The notes under the pieces: generated by a model
The model's database searches: none
What the model was told of the DNA's origin: nothing
The model's input: only the letters and a program-made list of their open reading frames with translations
Position numbers and translations under genes: made by a program
From: Candidatus Micrarchaeota archaeon
GTDB lineage: Archaea > Micrarchaeota > Micrarchaeia > Norongarragalinales > Norongarragalinaceae
Length of the DNA stretch: 64,000 bases
NCBI GenBank assembly: GCA_016188965.1
Contig: JACPGT010000002.1
Location: 84,125 to 148,124, forward strand
Direction: 5' to 3'
Shown here: positions 26,929 to 35,538 of the stretch, in pieces
Numbering within the stretch: position 1 is the stretch's first letter
Layout: each line of letters starts with the position of its first letter

Positions 26929-27603
26929 TTATGCTTTCGGCGCTTCGGCCTTGGCCGGCGTCTTGACTTCGGCCTTCGCGGGGGCTTTCTTGCCTTCGTC
27001 CTTCGGCGCCGCGGGCTTCGCTTCCGCTTTGGCTTCATTTTTCTTCGCTTCAGCCGCCTTGGGCTTTTGAGCGGTCGCGGCTTGCGTTTCCGCTTTTGCG
27101 CCCGTGGCTTTCTCGGCTTTGGGCGCGGCTTTTCCGCCGACGACGATTTCCATCCAGGCCGTCACGTAGTCGGCCCACATGGCGTGCTTGCCGTAGCCCA
27201 GCGTGGTGCTGCCCACCCAGAAGGTGCGGTAGCGGCGGAACGTGTTCTGCTTGTTGGCCGCTGCGTGCTTGACGACCAGCGAGTTTTCCTCCAGTCCGAC
27301 GTGCACGGCGTTGGCCGCGGCGTTCTTGAGCGTGGCATAGACCATCTTGCATTCCTTCTTCGGGTAGCGGCCCTTCTTGCCGCCCAGTTCCGAGCGGTGG
27401 CCCGATCCCTTGTTGAACTTGGTGTACAAAATGGCGTGCTCGCCTTTGATGGCGGCCTCCAGTTTGGCGTACGCCTTGGCGACCGGCAGGCCCTTGATGG
27501 CGCGGCAGACCTGGGTGAGGTCCTTGTAGGACGCGTCCAAATCGTGCGCTTGCGCTCGGCCGGTCTTCTCGGCGGACTTGGTCGAGTACTTGTACAATCC
27601 CAT
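26929..27603 (-). CDS. rpl22: 50S ribosomal protein L22 (uL22) with Lys/Ala/Glu-rich tail
   Basis: GRAQAHDLDASYKDLTQVCRAIKG..RYPKK; about 70-aa low-complexity C-terminus. Confidence 0.93.
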   Translation of the reverse strand: MGLYKYSTKSAEKTGRAQAHDLDASYKDLTQVCRAIKGLPVAKAYAKLEAAIKGEHAILYTKFNKGSGHRSELGGKKGRYPKKECKMVYATLKNAAANAVHVGLEENSLVVKHAAANKQNTFRRYRTFWVGSTTLGYGKHAMWADYVTAWMEIVVGGKAAPKAEKATGAKAETQAATAQKPKAAEAKKNEAKAEAKPAAPKDEGKKAPAKAEVKTPAKAEAPKA

Positions 27604-27624
27604 TTTCGTTTTCAGCTCGGTTCT

Positions 27625-28011
27625 CTACTTCAGTTCGACGGACTTCGAACCGCGCGTGGCGCCGATACCCGGACCGGAGTGGCGGACCATCTGCACCGGG
27701 TTGGAGAATTCGCCCAGGCGGTGTCCCAGCATCGCGATGTCCGCGGTGAAGTCGATGTACTGCTTTCCGTTGTAGACCTGGAAGCGGAATCCCAGCATCT
27801 CCGGGATGATGACCATCTCGCGGAAGTGCGTCTTGAACGGCTTGTTCCTCTTCATCTTGCGATGGAAGGACTTCAGGAAACGCTTGGTCTGCACGCCGTT
27901 GCGCTTCATCGTGCGCCGCGTCTTGGACGGCAGGATTTCGACGAACTGCTCCAGCGGCATGGCTTTGAGCTCGTCCACGGTCTTTCCTTTGTAGCGGGTC
28001 AGTTTGGCCAT
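27625..28011 (-). CDS. rps19: 30S ribosomal protein S19 (uS19)
   Basis: YNGKQYIDFTADIAMLGHRLGEFS.. Confidence 0.95.
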   Translation of the reverse strand: MAKLTRYKGKTVDELKAMPLEQFVEILPSKTRRTMKRNGVQTKRFLKSFHRKMKRNKPFKTHFREMVIIPEMLGFRFQVYNGKQYIDFTADIAMLGHRLGEFSNPVQMVRHSGPGIGATRGSKSVELK

Positions 28012-28016
28012 ACGGG

Positions 28017-28754
28017 TTAGTCTCCTTCGTTCTTGATTTCAACGCGGCCACGGCGCCGGCCCGTGCGGCTGGACGCGATGTGGCCGACTTTCTGGCCCGG
28101 AGGCGCGTTGCGCGACACGGACGAGGACTTGCCGAAACTGCGGCCGCCGTGCGGGTGGTCATAAGCTGACTTGGCCGTGCCACGGACGACGGGCCAGTAC
28201 TTGTTGCGCGACTTCATCGCGTAGAAGCTGTTGCCGGCCTTCTGCAGGGGCTTTTCCAGCCGGCCGCCGCCCGAAGCGACGCCGACGGTGGCCCAGCATT
28301 CCGGGGAAAGGGTGCGCACGCGCTTGGACGACAGGCGCACGCTGACCTGGTTGGTGTCCTCATCGTGGCCCACGATCAGAGAGGACGAGCCGGACGCGCG
28401 AGAGACGCGGCCGCCGTCGCCGGGGCGCAATTCGAGGTTGAAGACGGACACGCCTTCCGGCACTTTTTCCAACGGCATCACGTTACCTGACCTCAAGGCC
28501 GCGTCGGTTCCTACTTGGATCAAGTCGCCGGCTTTCAGGCCTTCGGCGGCCAGGTACGTCATGCGTTTGCCGTTCTCGAGCAGGATGTCAGCCATGACGG
28601 TGGAATGCGCAGGGTCGGTGAGCAACCGCATGACCTGTCCGCGCATGGTGCCGGACACGTGGACGTATTGCGTGGCGTCATAGAAGCGGTGCGACGGTGT
28701 CTTGAACGCCGGTCCGCCCTTGCCTCTGCGCTGCGGGATGAGTCGAGTGCCCAT
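28017..28754 (-). CDS. rpl2: 50S ribosomal protein L2 (uL2)
   Basis: RPGDGGRVSRASGSSS..GTAKSAYDHPHGGR. Confidence 0.96.
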   Translation of the reverse strand: MGTRLIPQRRGKGGPAFKTPSHRFYDATQYVHVSGTMRGQVMRLLTDPAHSTVMADILLENGKRMTYLAAEGLKAGDLIQVGTDAALRSGNVMPLEKVPEGVSVFNLELRPGDGGRVSRASGSSSLIVGHDEDTNQVSVRLSSKRVRTLSPECWATVGVASGGGRLEKPLQKAGNSFYAMKSRNKYWPVVRGTAKSAYDHPHGGRSFGKSSSVSRNAPPGQKVGHIASSRTGRRRGRVEIKNEGD

Positions 28755-28769
28755 TCTAAATGCACCTAA

Positions 28770-28845
28770 GCCCCAGGGGGCACCAAGGTTCCCCCTTGGC
28801 GCTTAGTCCGCCTCGTCCCCCTCCTTGCGGAAGGGTGTTGGGGGT
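28770..28845 (+). repeat. short copy (X1) of the G/C-tract hairpin repeat family X
   Basis: CCCCAGGGGG-N10-CCCCCTTGG hairpin followed by TCCGCCTCGTCCCCCTCCTT. Aligns to the first ~65 nt of X2 (44091-). Sits in the 113-nt L2-L23 spacer. Confidence 0.6.
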
Positions 28846-28867
28846 GTTGTTGAATCGTGTTTTCATT

Positions 28868-29116
28868 CTAAATCACTTTGAGTTTGCCGGCCAGCTCCGT
28901 GGCGGCGCCTTTGCGTGCGAACCGGACGACGGCCTTCTTGTGGCCCCGGATGCTGTGCAGCGTCCGGACGGCCTTGACTTTTTCCTTGTATTCCGTCTCA
29001 AGCTCGGCCTTGATCTGCGCTTTGGTCGCGTTTTCGCGCACCACGAATACCAGCTGGTTGTCGCGTTCGATGCCGGCCACGGCCTTTTCCGTCGTCAGTA
29101 CGTGTTGGATGATCAT
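28868..29116 (-). CDS. rpl23: 50S ribosomal protein L23 (uL23)
   Basis: LTTEKAVAGIERDNQLVFVV, 82 aa. Confidence 0.93.
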   Translation of the reverse strand: MIIQHVLTTEKAVAGIERDNQLVFVVRENATKAQIKAELETEYKEKVKAVRTLHSIRGHKKAVVRFARKGAATELAGKLKVI

Positions 29117-29123
29117 CGTTTTT

Positions 29124-29921
29124 TCACTCGAACAGTTTTTCCTGGCTCATCTCGTCCAACGCGTCCTGCGTCCAGACGATGAGCCGTCCGGCATCGCCGC
29201 CGGGAGCCAGCAGTTCGGCGTTGAGGTTCTTGACGTCCACCGCATCCACGCCGGGCAGGTTGCGCACGGCCTTCTGGATGCCCTTGTCCTGGGCGTAGAC
29301 GATGAGCACCGACTTAGGCTCGTAGTAACCGCCCTTGCGCAGGCGGGCGCGGCCCGAACGCATCTTGCGGCCTTCGTGGGCCTTCTGCAGGTCAGCATCC
29401 AGACCGAGCGCGTCCAGCACCTTGCGGGCGTCCTGCACGCGCTTGACTTCCTCGAATTGAGCGGTAATCACGATGGGCAAGGCGCCGACGAAGCGGTGGC
29501 GTCTTTCGACCAGCGGTTTTTCTAGGCTTGCGTTCAAGGCGCTGCGGATGGCCTTGTATTTTTCCTTGCGGTTGATGCGCTCGCGCAGGATCTTCCACGG
29601 CTTCGGCGGGTGCGCGCGACGGCCCTTGTTCGAGTGCGGCACGATGCGGACGTGTCCGCTGCGGCCGCCGGGGATTTTCTCGCGCGGCAGGTGGGATTGG
29701 CCCGTGTTGATCATCTGGCGCCAGGCATGGCGGCGGCCGTAATACGCGGCGGTCGTCTGGAGACCGGCCAGCGGATACGCGCCTTTGGGCTGGTAGAATT
29801 GCGTGCGGTGCGCGTGGTAGGCGCGGCGGATGAGATCTGGCCGGTACGGCTCGGAGAACTGCAACGGCAGTTCCACTTCGCTCATCGCTTTTCCATCCAG
29901 TGCTACGACTTTGGCTTTCAT
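29124..29921 (-). CDS. rpl4: 50S ribosomal protein L4 (uL4)
   Basis: GRRHAWRQMINTGQSHLPR..GGRSGH.. Confidence 0.95.
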   Translation of the reverse strand: MKAKVVALDGKAMSEVELPLQFSEPYRPDLIRRAYHAHRTQFYQPKGAYPLAGLQTTAAYYGRRHAWRQMINTGQSHLPREKIPGGRSGHVRIVPHSNKGRRAHPPKPWKILRERINRKEKYKAIRSALNASLEKPLVERRHRFVGALPIVITAQFEEVKRVQDARKVLDALGLDADLQKAHEGRKMRSGRARLRKGGYYEPKSVLIVYAQDKGIQKAVRNLPGVDAVDVKNLNAELLAPGGDAGRLIVWTQDALDEMSQEKLFE

Positions 29922-29923
29922 GT

Positions 29924-30865
29924 TTAGACGACCACTTGTTTGAGTTCGACTTTCGCCGCGGCCTGGTTCTGCAGCGGCTTGCGGAAACGGATGAGCCGCT
30001 TAGCGGGCCCCGGCAGGCTGCCTTCAATCATAACAAAGGCGCCGGAGAGATTGCCGAAGTGCGGAAAGCCCGATTTGGGCTGGTAGGCCTTGGCATCGTC
30101 CGTAATGACCAGCACGCGCTTGTTGCGCTCGGTGCGGCGGTGGAATCCCATCTGGCCCGCACGCGGCACGGTGAACATGACTTTGGCCTGCGTCTCTCCA
30201 CCCAACGCACCGCCGTGGCGGCGCGCTCCGGTGGACTTGTGCGTGTTGAGTGCGACGCCGAAGCGCTTGACGACGCCCTGCCAGCCGTGGCCCTTGGTCA
30301 CGGCGACTACGTCCGTCGCGTCGCCTTCCTTGTAGACGTCCTTGAAGTTGACTTCCTTGCCCAGCACGCTTTTTGCGTATTCCAGGGCTTCCGCGGGGGT
30401 GCCACCGAGAGCGATTTCCAGCACTTCCGGCGTTTTCTTAAAGCCGGTCTTGTGCGGTTGCGTAAACGTGATGAGGCGGTAGGAATCGGCATTCGCGATG
30501 GATTCCAGCGTCTTGGTCGTCTTCTTGGCCACCGGGCGCATGCGCGTCAATTCCTTGGGCGCGCCCACGGACGGCACTTCGCCGACGACTTTCCATCCGT
30601 ACGGCGTCAGCTGGTATGCGACGACGGCATAGACAAAGAGCGGAGGCGTCAAGACGAACGTGACGGCTTTGGCCACTTCCTGGCCCTTGAACGGGCTTTC
30701 GTTGTACTCCGTCATCAGCACGTGAGCCATTCCGACTTTGTAGCCGGCGAAGCCCTGCATGCCTTTGCCAAAGCTGGGCCAAGCGCGGATGCGCGGAGCC
30801 ATGGAAGGGGCGCGTTTGCGGTGCCAGTAGGCACGGGATCCGCGTTTCGGACCTTTCTTACCCAT
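29924..30865 (-). CDS. rpl3: 50S ribosomal protein L3 (uL3)
   Basis: FAGYKVGMAHVLM..VTKGHGWQGVVKRFG.. Confidence 0.96.
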   Translation of the reverse strand: MGKKGPKRGSRAYWHRKRAPSMAPRIRAWPSFGKGMQGFAGYKVGMAHVLMTEYNESPFKGQEVAKAVTFVLTPPLFVYAVVAYQLTPYGWKVVGEVPSVGAPKELTRMRPVAKKTTKTLESIANADSYRLITFTQPHKTGFKKTPEVLEIALGGTPAEALEYAKSVLGKEVNFKDVYKEGDATDVVAVTKGHGWQGVVKRFGVALNTHKSTGARRHGGALGGETQAKVMFTVPRAGQMGFHRRTERNKRVLVITDDAKAYQPKSGFPHFGNLSGAFVMIEGSLPGPAKRLIRFRKPLQNQAAAKVELKQVVV

Positions 30866-30913
30866 AACATCAACACGTTGTTCTTCTTCGCATCAAAGAT
30901 GCGGCAAAGCGTT

Positions 30914-31045
30914 TCAGATTGCCTTGACTTTCTTGACCGTCGGCGGGGTCTGCTTGTTCAAGACCTTGCTGGAGCAGTACGGGCAACGCACGAACGTCAA
31001 CTCGTCGTCGGCGAAGACTTTCCCGCACTTGGCACACACATACAT
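30914..31045 (-). CDS. rpoP: DNA-directed RNA polymerase subunit P (Rpb12)
   Basis: Hand-translated 43-aa ORF missed by the track: MYVCAKCGKVFADDELTFVRCPYCSSKVLNKQTPPTVKKVKAI (CxxC..CxxC zinc ribbon). Confidence 0.8.
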   Translation of the reverse strand: MYVCAKCGKVFADDELTFVRCPYCSSKVLNKQTPPTVKKVKAI

Positions 31046-31280
31046 GGTTCTGAAAACCCGCGTTCTGGCTATCGGAATTATTCCGCTAATTGGCGTTGGA
31101 CCAAAATAAGCGTCGTAAATTCGCGGAGTTACTCTTTTCCGAAGATATTAATAAAGCTTCCGGCCCCCAAAATTCCTACGCAGGCACTGGCTCTGCTTTT
31201 ACCGAAATCCGAAGGCCGTTATGCCTTTTTTTGGCTTTTCCGGCCTTCTTGTCGCTTTTCTTCTTTCCGTCTCTGGGGGT

Positions 31281-31760
31281 TCAGAGCTTGCGGCTGTAGT
31301 CCATGCGGATGTCCTGGGTCAGTTCCAGCGCGCGTTTGTGCAGCAGGCCCACGTCGTTCATGACCACGGCAAACTCCGTTTTGTACGCCGTCACCGCGTT
31401 CGCCTCGAGGCCGGTTTTCTTCTTGGACAACACGGCGGTGAACAGGGTGTCTTGGAAGCGCGCCGCCTGCAAGTGCAACGCCTGCAACCGCAGAATAAGC
31501 GTGTCCACGTCCAGCGTGAGCAGGAATATCTTCTTGTTGACGGCGTCGGAATAGTACTGGTTGGTCCCGAGGTACTGCACGAATTCCTGCACGGCGTGCA
31601 GCGATTCATCCAGTTCTTTCAGGAGCGTCATGCTCACGCCGTACTCCGTCAGGAGCCGCTTGTTGACTTCGAATTCTTCCTTCTGCATCGAAAACGAACC
31701 TGGTATGTCATCCGCCGGACCCCGAGCGCTATTCGGAATGCTGTCTATCCGGCGTTTCAT
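31281..31760 (-). CDS. hypothetical protein (predicted helical)
   Basis: 159-aa ORF with ATG 31760. No recognisable motif. Confidence 0.45.
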   Translation of the reverse strand: MKRRIDSIPNSARGPADDIPGSFSMQKEEFEVNKRLLTEYGVSMTLLKELDESLHAVQEFVQYLGTNQYYSDAVNKKIFLLTLDVDTLILRLQALHLQAARFQDTLFTAVLSKKKTGLEANAVTAYKTEFAVVMNDVGLLHKRALELTQDIRMDYSRKL

Positions 31761-31911
31761 CTTCTTTCCTTATCCCTGGCTGAAAAGCCTTTGCTTTTTT
31801 TTCCGGGCACGGCGCAGACGCGTGACGCCTTGAGAAAAACCAAACGGTTATTATTATTCCGCATATTGTATACGCCATACGTTTTCTCTATAGGTGGAGG
31901 TAGTTTATTCA

Positions 31912-32655
31912 ATGACTGAAAAAGCAATCATGATCTTGGCCGTGGCCATGGTCGTATCGTCCCTCATGCTCTCGATGGCCGTCTGGACCGCGGGCAATAC
32001 CATCGGTTCCGGCCTGTCCAAAGTCCAGCTGAACCTGGCCGCCGGCTCCGGTTCCGGCGGAGCGGCCCCACAACTGCAGCCCACGGCCGCGCCCACGCCG
32101 CAAGTGGATTACCGGGACTTGGTCAAGTCGTTCGCAGGCTCGGAAGGCTCCGACAGCGCCGCGGTGACGGTCGTCGAGTTCTCCGATTACCAGTGTCCCT
32201 TCTGCCGCCGCGCCTTCGAAGACGCCGTGAAAGGCATCCGCGAGGACTACGTCAAGACCGGCAAGGTCAAGCTGTACTACAAGGACTTCCCGCTTTCGTT
32301 CCACCCCGACGCGCCCAAGGCTGCCAACGCCGCCCGTTGCGCCGGAGAACAAGGTAAGTACTTCGACATGCACGACAAGATTTACGCCGGACAGGGGCCG
32401 GCCGAATTGGGTACCGTGGCGATTAACGCGTCGGTCTACTTTACGTACGCCAAGGAACTGAAACTCAACGAAGCCCAGTTCAAGACGTGCGTGGACTCGG
32501 ACAAGTACGCCGCGCAGGTCCAAACCGATTTGAACCAGGGCATCGCCGCCGGCGTCTCCGGAACCCCGACGTTCTTCGTGAACAACCAGCAGATCGTCGG
32601 CGCCCAGCCGTACGCCGTCATCAAGCAGGCCATCGAGGCCGAACTGGCCGGTTAA
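31912..32655 (+). CDS. membrane-anchored DsbA-like thiol:disulfide oxidoreductase
   Basis: N-terminal TM, thioredoxin-fold active site FSDYQCPFCRR, DsbA-like C-terminus GVSGTPTFFVN. ATG 31912 preceded by GGTGGAGG. Confidence 0.8.
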   Translation: MTEKAIMILAVAMVVSSLMLSMAVWTAGNTIGSGLSKVQLNLAAGSGSGGAAPQLQPTAAPTPQVDYRDLVKSFAGSEGSDSAAVTVVEFSDYQCPFCRRAFEDAVKGIREDYVKTGKVKLYYKDFPLSFHPDAPKAANAARCAGEQGKYFDMHDKIYAGQGPAELGTVAINASVYFTYAKELKLNEAQFKTCVDSDKYAAQVQTDLNQGIAAGVSGTPTFFVNNQQIVGAQPYAVIKQAIEAELAG

Positions 32656-32856
32656 GCCGCCCTCCGCTTCGGGCATTCTTTTGACGCCGGTTTTCCGGCA
32701 ACTTCCTTCTTTTCCAATCCTCTTTGCGTTCTTTTCTTTGACGCGGGCTTTCGTCCGGAAATGAAAACGCTTTAGAACGCTTCGTGACAAAAGGAAAGAA
32801 CTTCGAAAGCCAAGGTGTTTGCCGCCGATTGCAGGAATCGGCGGTTTCGCTCAATT

Positions 32857-32969
32857 GCCCCTGTAGCTCAGCCTGGTACAGACGCGGTCGCCTTTTTCTT
32901 TCCGAAAGAAAAATGCGGCCTGCCGAAAAAGAAACGAAGAAAAAGGAATAAACCAAGAGTAAACGAATT
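32857..32969 (+). repeat. 22-nt duplicate of the tRNA-Thr(GGU) 5' end plus hairpin element Y1
   Basis: 32857-32878 is identical to 32970-32991 (GCCCCTGTAGCTCAGCCTGGTA, and the preceding AATT is also shared). It is followed by GC-rich sequence, TTTTTCTTT-CCG-AAAGAAAAA, GC-rich sequence and an AAAAAGAAAC A-rich tail. Confidence 0.7.
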
Positions 32970-33079
32970 GCCCCTGTAGCTCAGCCTGGTAGAGCGCGTC
33001 CATGGTAACACGCGATGGTCGAAAGACTGCCGCGTGCCCATACAGGACGAGGTCGCGCGTTCAATTCGCGTCGGGGGCT
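32970..33079 (+). tRNA. tRNA-Thr(GGU) with 36-nt canonical (37/38) intron
   Basis: Acceptor GCCCCTG/CGGGGGC. Anticodon stem CGTCC/GGACG. Loop AT-GGT-A then intron 33008-33043 forming a relaxed BHB (ATGG/CCAT central helix, CACGCG/CGCGTG inner helix). T arm GCGCG-TTCAATT-CGCGT. Confidence 0.85.
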
Positions 33080-33130
33080 TTCCGACTGGTTTTTAATTTT
33101 TTCCTACCTCGTTCGTTTAGGTGATTGTTC

Positions 33131-33454
33131 ATGGAAGAACGCAGAGTCGCTGCCGGTGCTCAAGTGGTAATCGACCATCTGAAAAAGGGCGGTATCGTTC
33201 GGGTTGTCAACTGGCCCAAAGCGAACGATCGAGTCCGCTCCGGTCTGAAAAATCGCGTCGCAACGAAGTACACGTCTACTGCTTGGACGGGCCATTTTCT
33301 TCCAGTACGAGACGATGAAGTGAAAGGGAAAGATTTAAAGGAATTGATAGGCGTCGCCTTGGTTCACGAACCAGAATCGGATAAAGATATGAAATATTCG
33401 GGCATCATTGGAACCCTCGCATTGCACCCGGATTGGCGGGACCGACGGAAGTAA
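33131..33454 (+). CDS. hypothetical protein
   Basis: ORF with ATG 33131 (track start 33125 is TTG). No motif recognised. Confidence 0.35.
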   Translation: MEERRVAAGAQVVIDHLKKGGIVRVVNWPKANDRVRSGLKNRVATKYTSTAWTGHFLPVRDDEVKGKDLKELIGVALVHEPESDKDMKYSGIIGTLALHPDWRDRRK

Positions 33455-33659
33455 TCCGAAGGGCTCGTTATTTTCCAGTTCAAATTTGTTCGAGGTGCGT
33501 ATCATCATGGAACGATCATCCGATCTTCGAGTCAACCGCGCCGCCCGCCGCGTGCTTGACCAACTGGCTCGCGGTCTGCCGGCCGCTATCGTGGATTGGA
33601 CTCGGCCTAATTGCGTCCTTAAACCTTTGTGATTGGGACGTGATCCCGTGCCGGTCACT

Positions 33660-33863
33660 ATGGGCCGGGGCCAACGCAGCATTTTAGCCGTTACTCAATC
33701 CGAACGGGACGCGCACTTGCTGGACCTGCTTGAACGCGGCGTCCTGATGGAGAAACGCGCTGCCGAAGAACACGCCCGCGCGGGCGTGACCCATTTTCTC
33801 CAGCTGGCTTCCGACTGGCAAGAACGCTTGCCTCCGGCGGGGCAGCAGCCACGGCGCCTCTGA
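33660..33863 (+). CDS. hypothetical small protein
   Basis: 67-aa ORF from ATG 33660. Weak support only. Confidence 0.25.
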   Translation: MGRGQRSILAVTQSERDAHLLDLLERGVLMEKRAAEEHARAGVTHFLQLASDWQERLPPAGQQPRRL

Positions 33864-33942
33864 TTCAACAGGCTCTTGCGTAACTTGCCGGACGCTTCAT
33901 TTTTCCTCCGGTTTTTTTAATTCGTCGGTCCTTAGGCCGTGC

Positions 33943-34266
33943 GTGAAACTCTTCGGCTTTGGACTGAAACCGTCGTCCCTCGCTTTTCTGGCCGGCGTCT
34001 GGCTCATCGTCGACGCGTTTGTCAGCCTGATTTATTCGACCGACCTGATTTGGCTCTTCGGCGTGGGTCGCATCGTCCGCCTCGCCGTCGGCCTGTTGTT
34101 GCTCGCGGACCGTTTTCCCAAGTCGTACGCGCCTTGGATTGGACTTTACCTCGCGTTGGAAGCCATCGGCTCGACGATCATCTCTCCGGACGACGCCCCC
34201 TTGTGGCAAGCCGGAAGAATCGGACGCGTCTTCATCGGCGCGTGGCTTTACGAGTATTACAAATAG
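33943..34266 (+). CDS. small membrane protein
   Basis: 107-aa ORF (GTG start) with about 3-4 hydrophobic helices (LAFLAGVWLIVDAFVSLIY, LAVGLLLLA, IGLYLALEAIG). Confidence 0.4.
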   Translation: MKLFGFGLKPSSLAFLAGVWLIVDAFVSLIYSTDLIWLFGVGRIVRLAVGLLLLADRFPKSYAPWIGLYLALEAIGSTIISPDDAPLWQAGRIGRVFIGAWLYEYYK

Positions 34267-34319
34267 TCGGTGCTGGTTGCAGGTCTTCAAGCTGGGCGCC
34301 AGGATTTTTAGGCTGCTTT

Positions 34320-35483
34320 TCAAGCAATCTTCTGCATTGCTTTTTCCCAAGCCGCCGTGATGCTGACGACGTAGTTGCGCGTCTCGCCAAAGCGGTGGTT
34401 GCGGCAGGTGTTGGCGTTTTTGGTTTGAACTTCGCGGTCGTAGGGTCCGGCGTTGTAGGCGGCCAAGGCGCATTCGACGTTGCCGCTGGTCCTCAATTGG
34501 CGGGAGAGATATTCGACGCCGCCGCATATGTTGAAGTACGGGTCGAATACTTTGTCCTGTCCGATGCCCATGCCGGCCGCCGTCCCCGGAGTCATCTGGG
34601 TGTAGCCCTGCGCGTATTTCGATTCGGCGAACTGCCTCCCGCCGCTTTCCTGACCCAAGACCGATCGCAGCAGTGAATACGGAACGTGGTACAATTCGGA
34701 CGCCTTCTTGAAGATGCAGGTCGGATCCGCCGTGCGCCATGAGCGGCCGCGGTAAGTCGCCGTGCCCGTCTGGGGGCAGGCGGATTCAACCTGCTTGACG
34801 CAGGCAGTCACGCCGGCTAGCTGGACTTGCGTTGTCTGGAATTCCGCCCGCGTTCTGACATCGTACGCGCCCGCCGTGGTCACGGGCTTGGGCTGCGTTG
34901 GCGTCACGGTTGCTGGGGCGGTTTTGCAGATGGTTTCGACGTCGCGTTGTGCGATGCCGGCGCGGCGGAGTTCGAAGTAGAGGGAGGGAAATGCGTTGGC
35001 TTCGGATTTTCCGGTTTTGCCGATGGTTTCGCCTTTTTTGACGTCGCTGCCTTCGGTTGGGTTAGGTCCGGTTTGGAGGTAGCCGTATGTTGTTTCGACC
35101 GTCGGGTTTGTCGCGTGTCGGATGGTGACGTATCGTCCGTAACCTAGCAAGTCGGTTCTGCCCGAGGCGATGACTTTGCCTCCGCTTGCGGCCCGTACGT
35201 CTGTTCCTTCGGGTAGGCGGATTTCGACGCCTTGGCGGATGCGTTTTTCGTTGTTGAGGTTTTTGTATTCGGCTCCGTATGCGCCGGTGACCGGTGCGTT
35301 GACGGGGCAGGTGAAGCTGGTGGTGGAGTAGGTGGTGCCGGTGGGTCCGGGTTTGATTTGTTCTAGTGTGAATCCGGAGAATAGGCAGATGTGGTTGGAC
35401 GGGCAGGATGGAAGCGTGAGGGCGAAGATGAGGCTGGAGTAAAGCAGGACGATTAGGATTGCAATCCCCGCAATGCGCCGCAT
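34320..35483 (-). CDS. secreted murein hydrolase: degenerate M23/LytM-like module plus SLT lytic transglycosylase
   Basis: Signal/TM MRRIAGIAILIVLLYSSLIFA. LytM-like core GVEIRLPEGTDVRAA..GYGRYVTIRH..LYFELRR lacks HxH. C-terminal SLT motifs VLGQESGG, YTQMTPGTA, LAAYNAG. ATG 35483. Confidence 0.8.
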   Translation of the reverse strand: MRRIAGIAILIVLLYSSLIFALTLPSCPSNHICLFSGFTLEQIKPGPTGTTYSTTSFTCPVNAPVTGAYGAEYKNLNNEKRIRQGVEIRLPEGTDVRAASGGKVIASGRTDLLGYGRYVTIRHATNPTVETTYGYLQTGPNPTEGSDVKKGETIGKTGKSEANAFPSLYFELRRAGIAQRDVETICKTAPATVTPTQPKPVTTAGAYDVRTRAEFQTTQVQLAGVTACVKQVESACPQTGTATYRGRSWRTADPTCIFKKASELYHVPYSLLRSVLGQESGGRQFAESKYAQGYTQMTPGTAAGMGIGQDKVFDPYFNICGGVEYLSRQLRTSGNVECALAAYNAGPYDREVQTKNANTCRNHRFGETRNYVVSITAAWEKAMQKIA

Positions 35484-35538
35484 GCGCAAAGCAGGGAGCG
35501 GCACCTTAAAAGAGTTCTTTTGCTTTGGACGCAAACAA

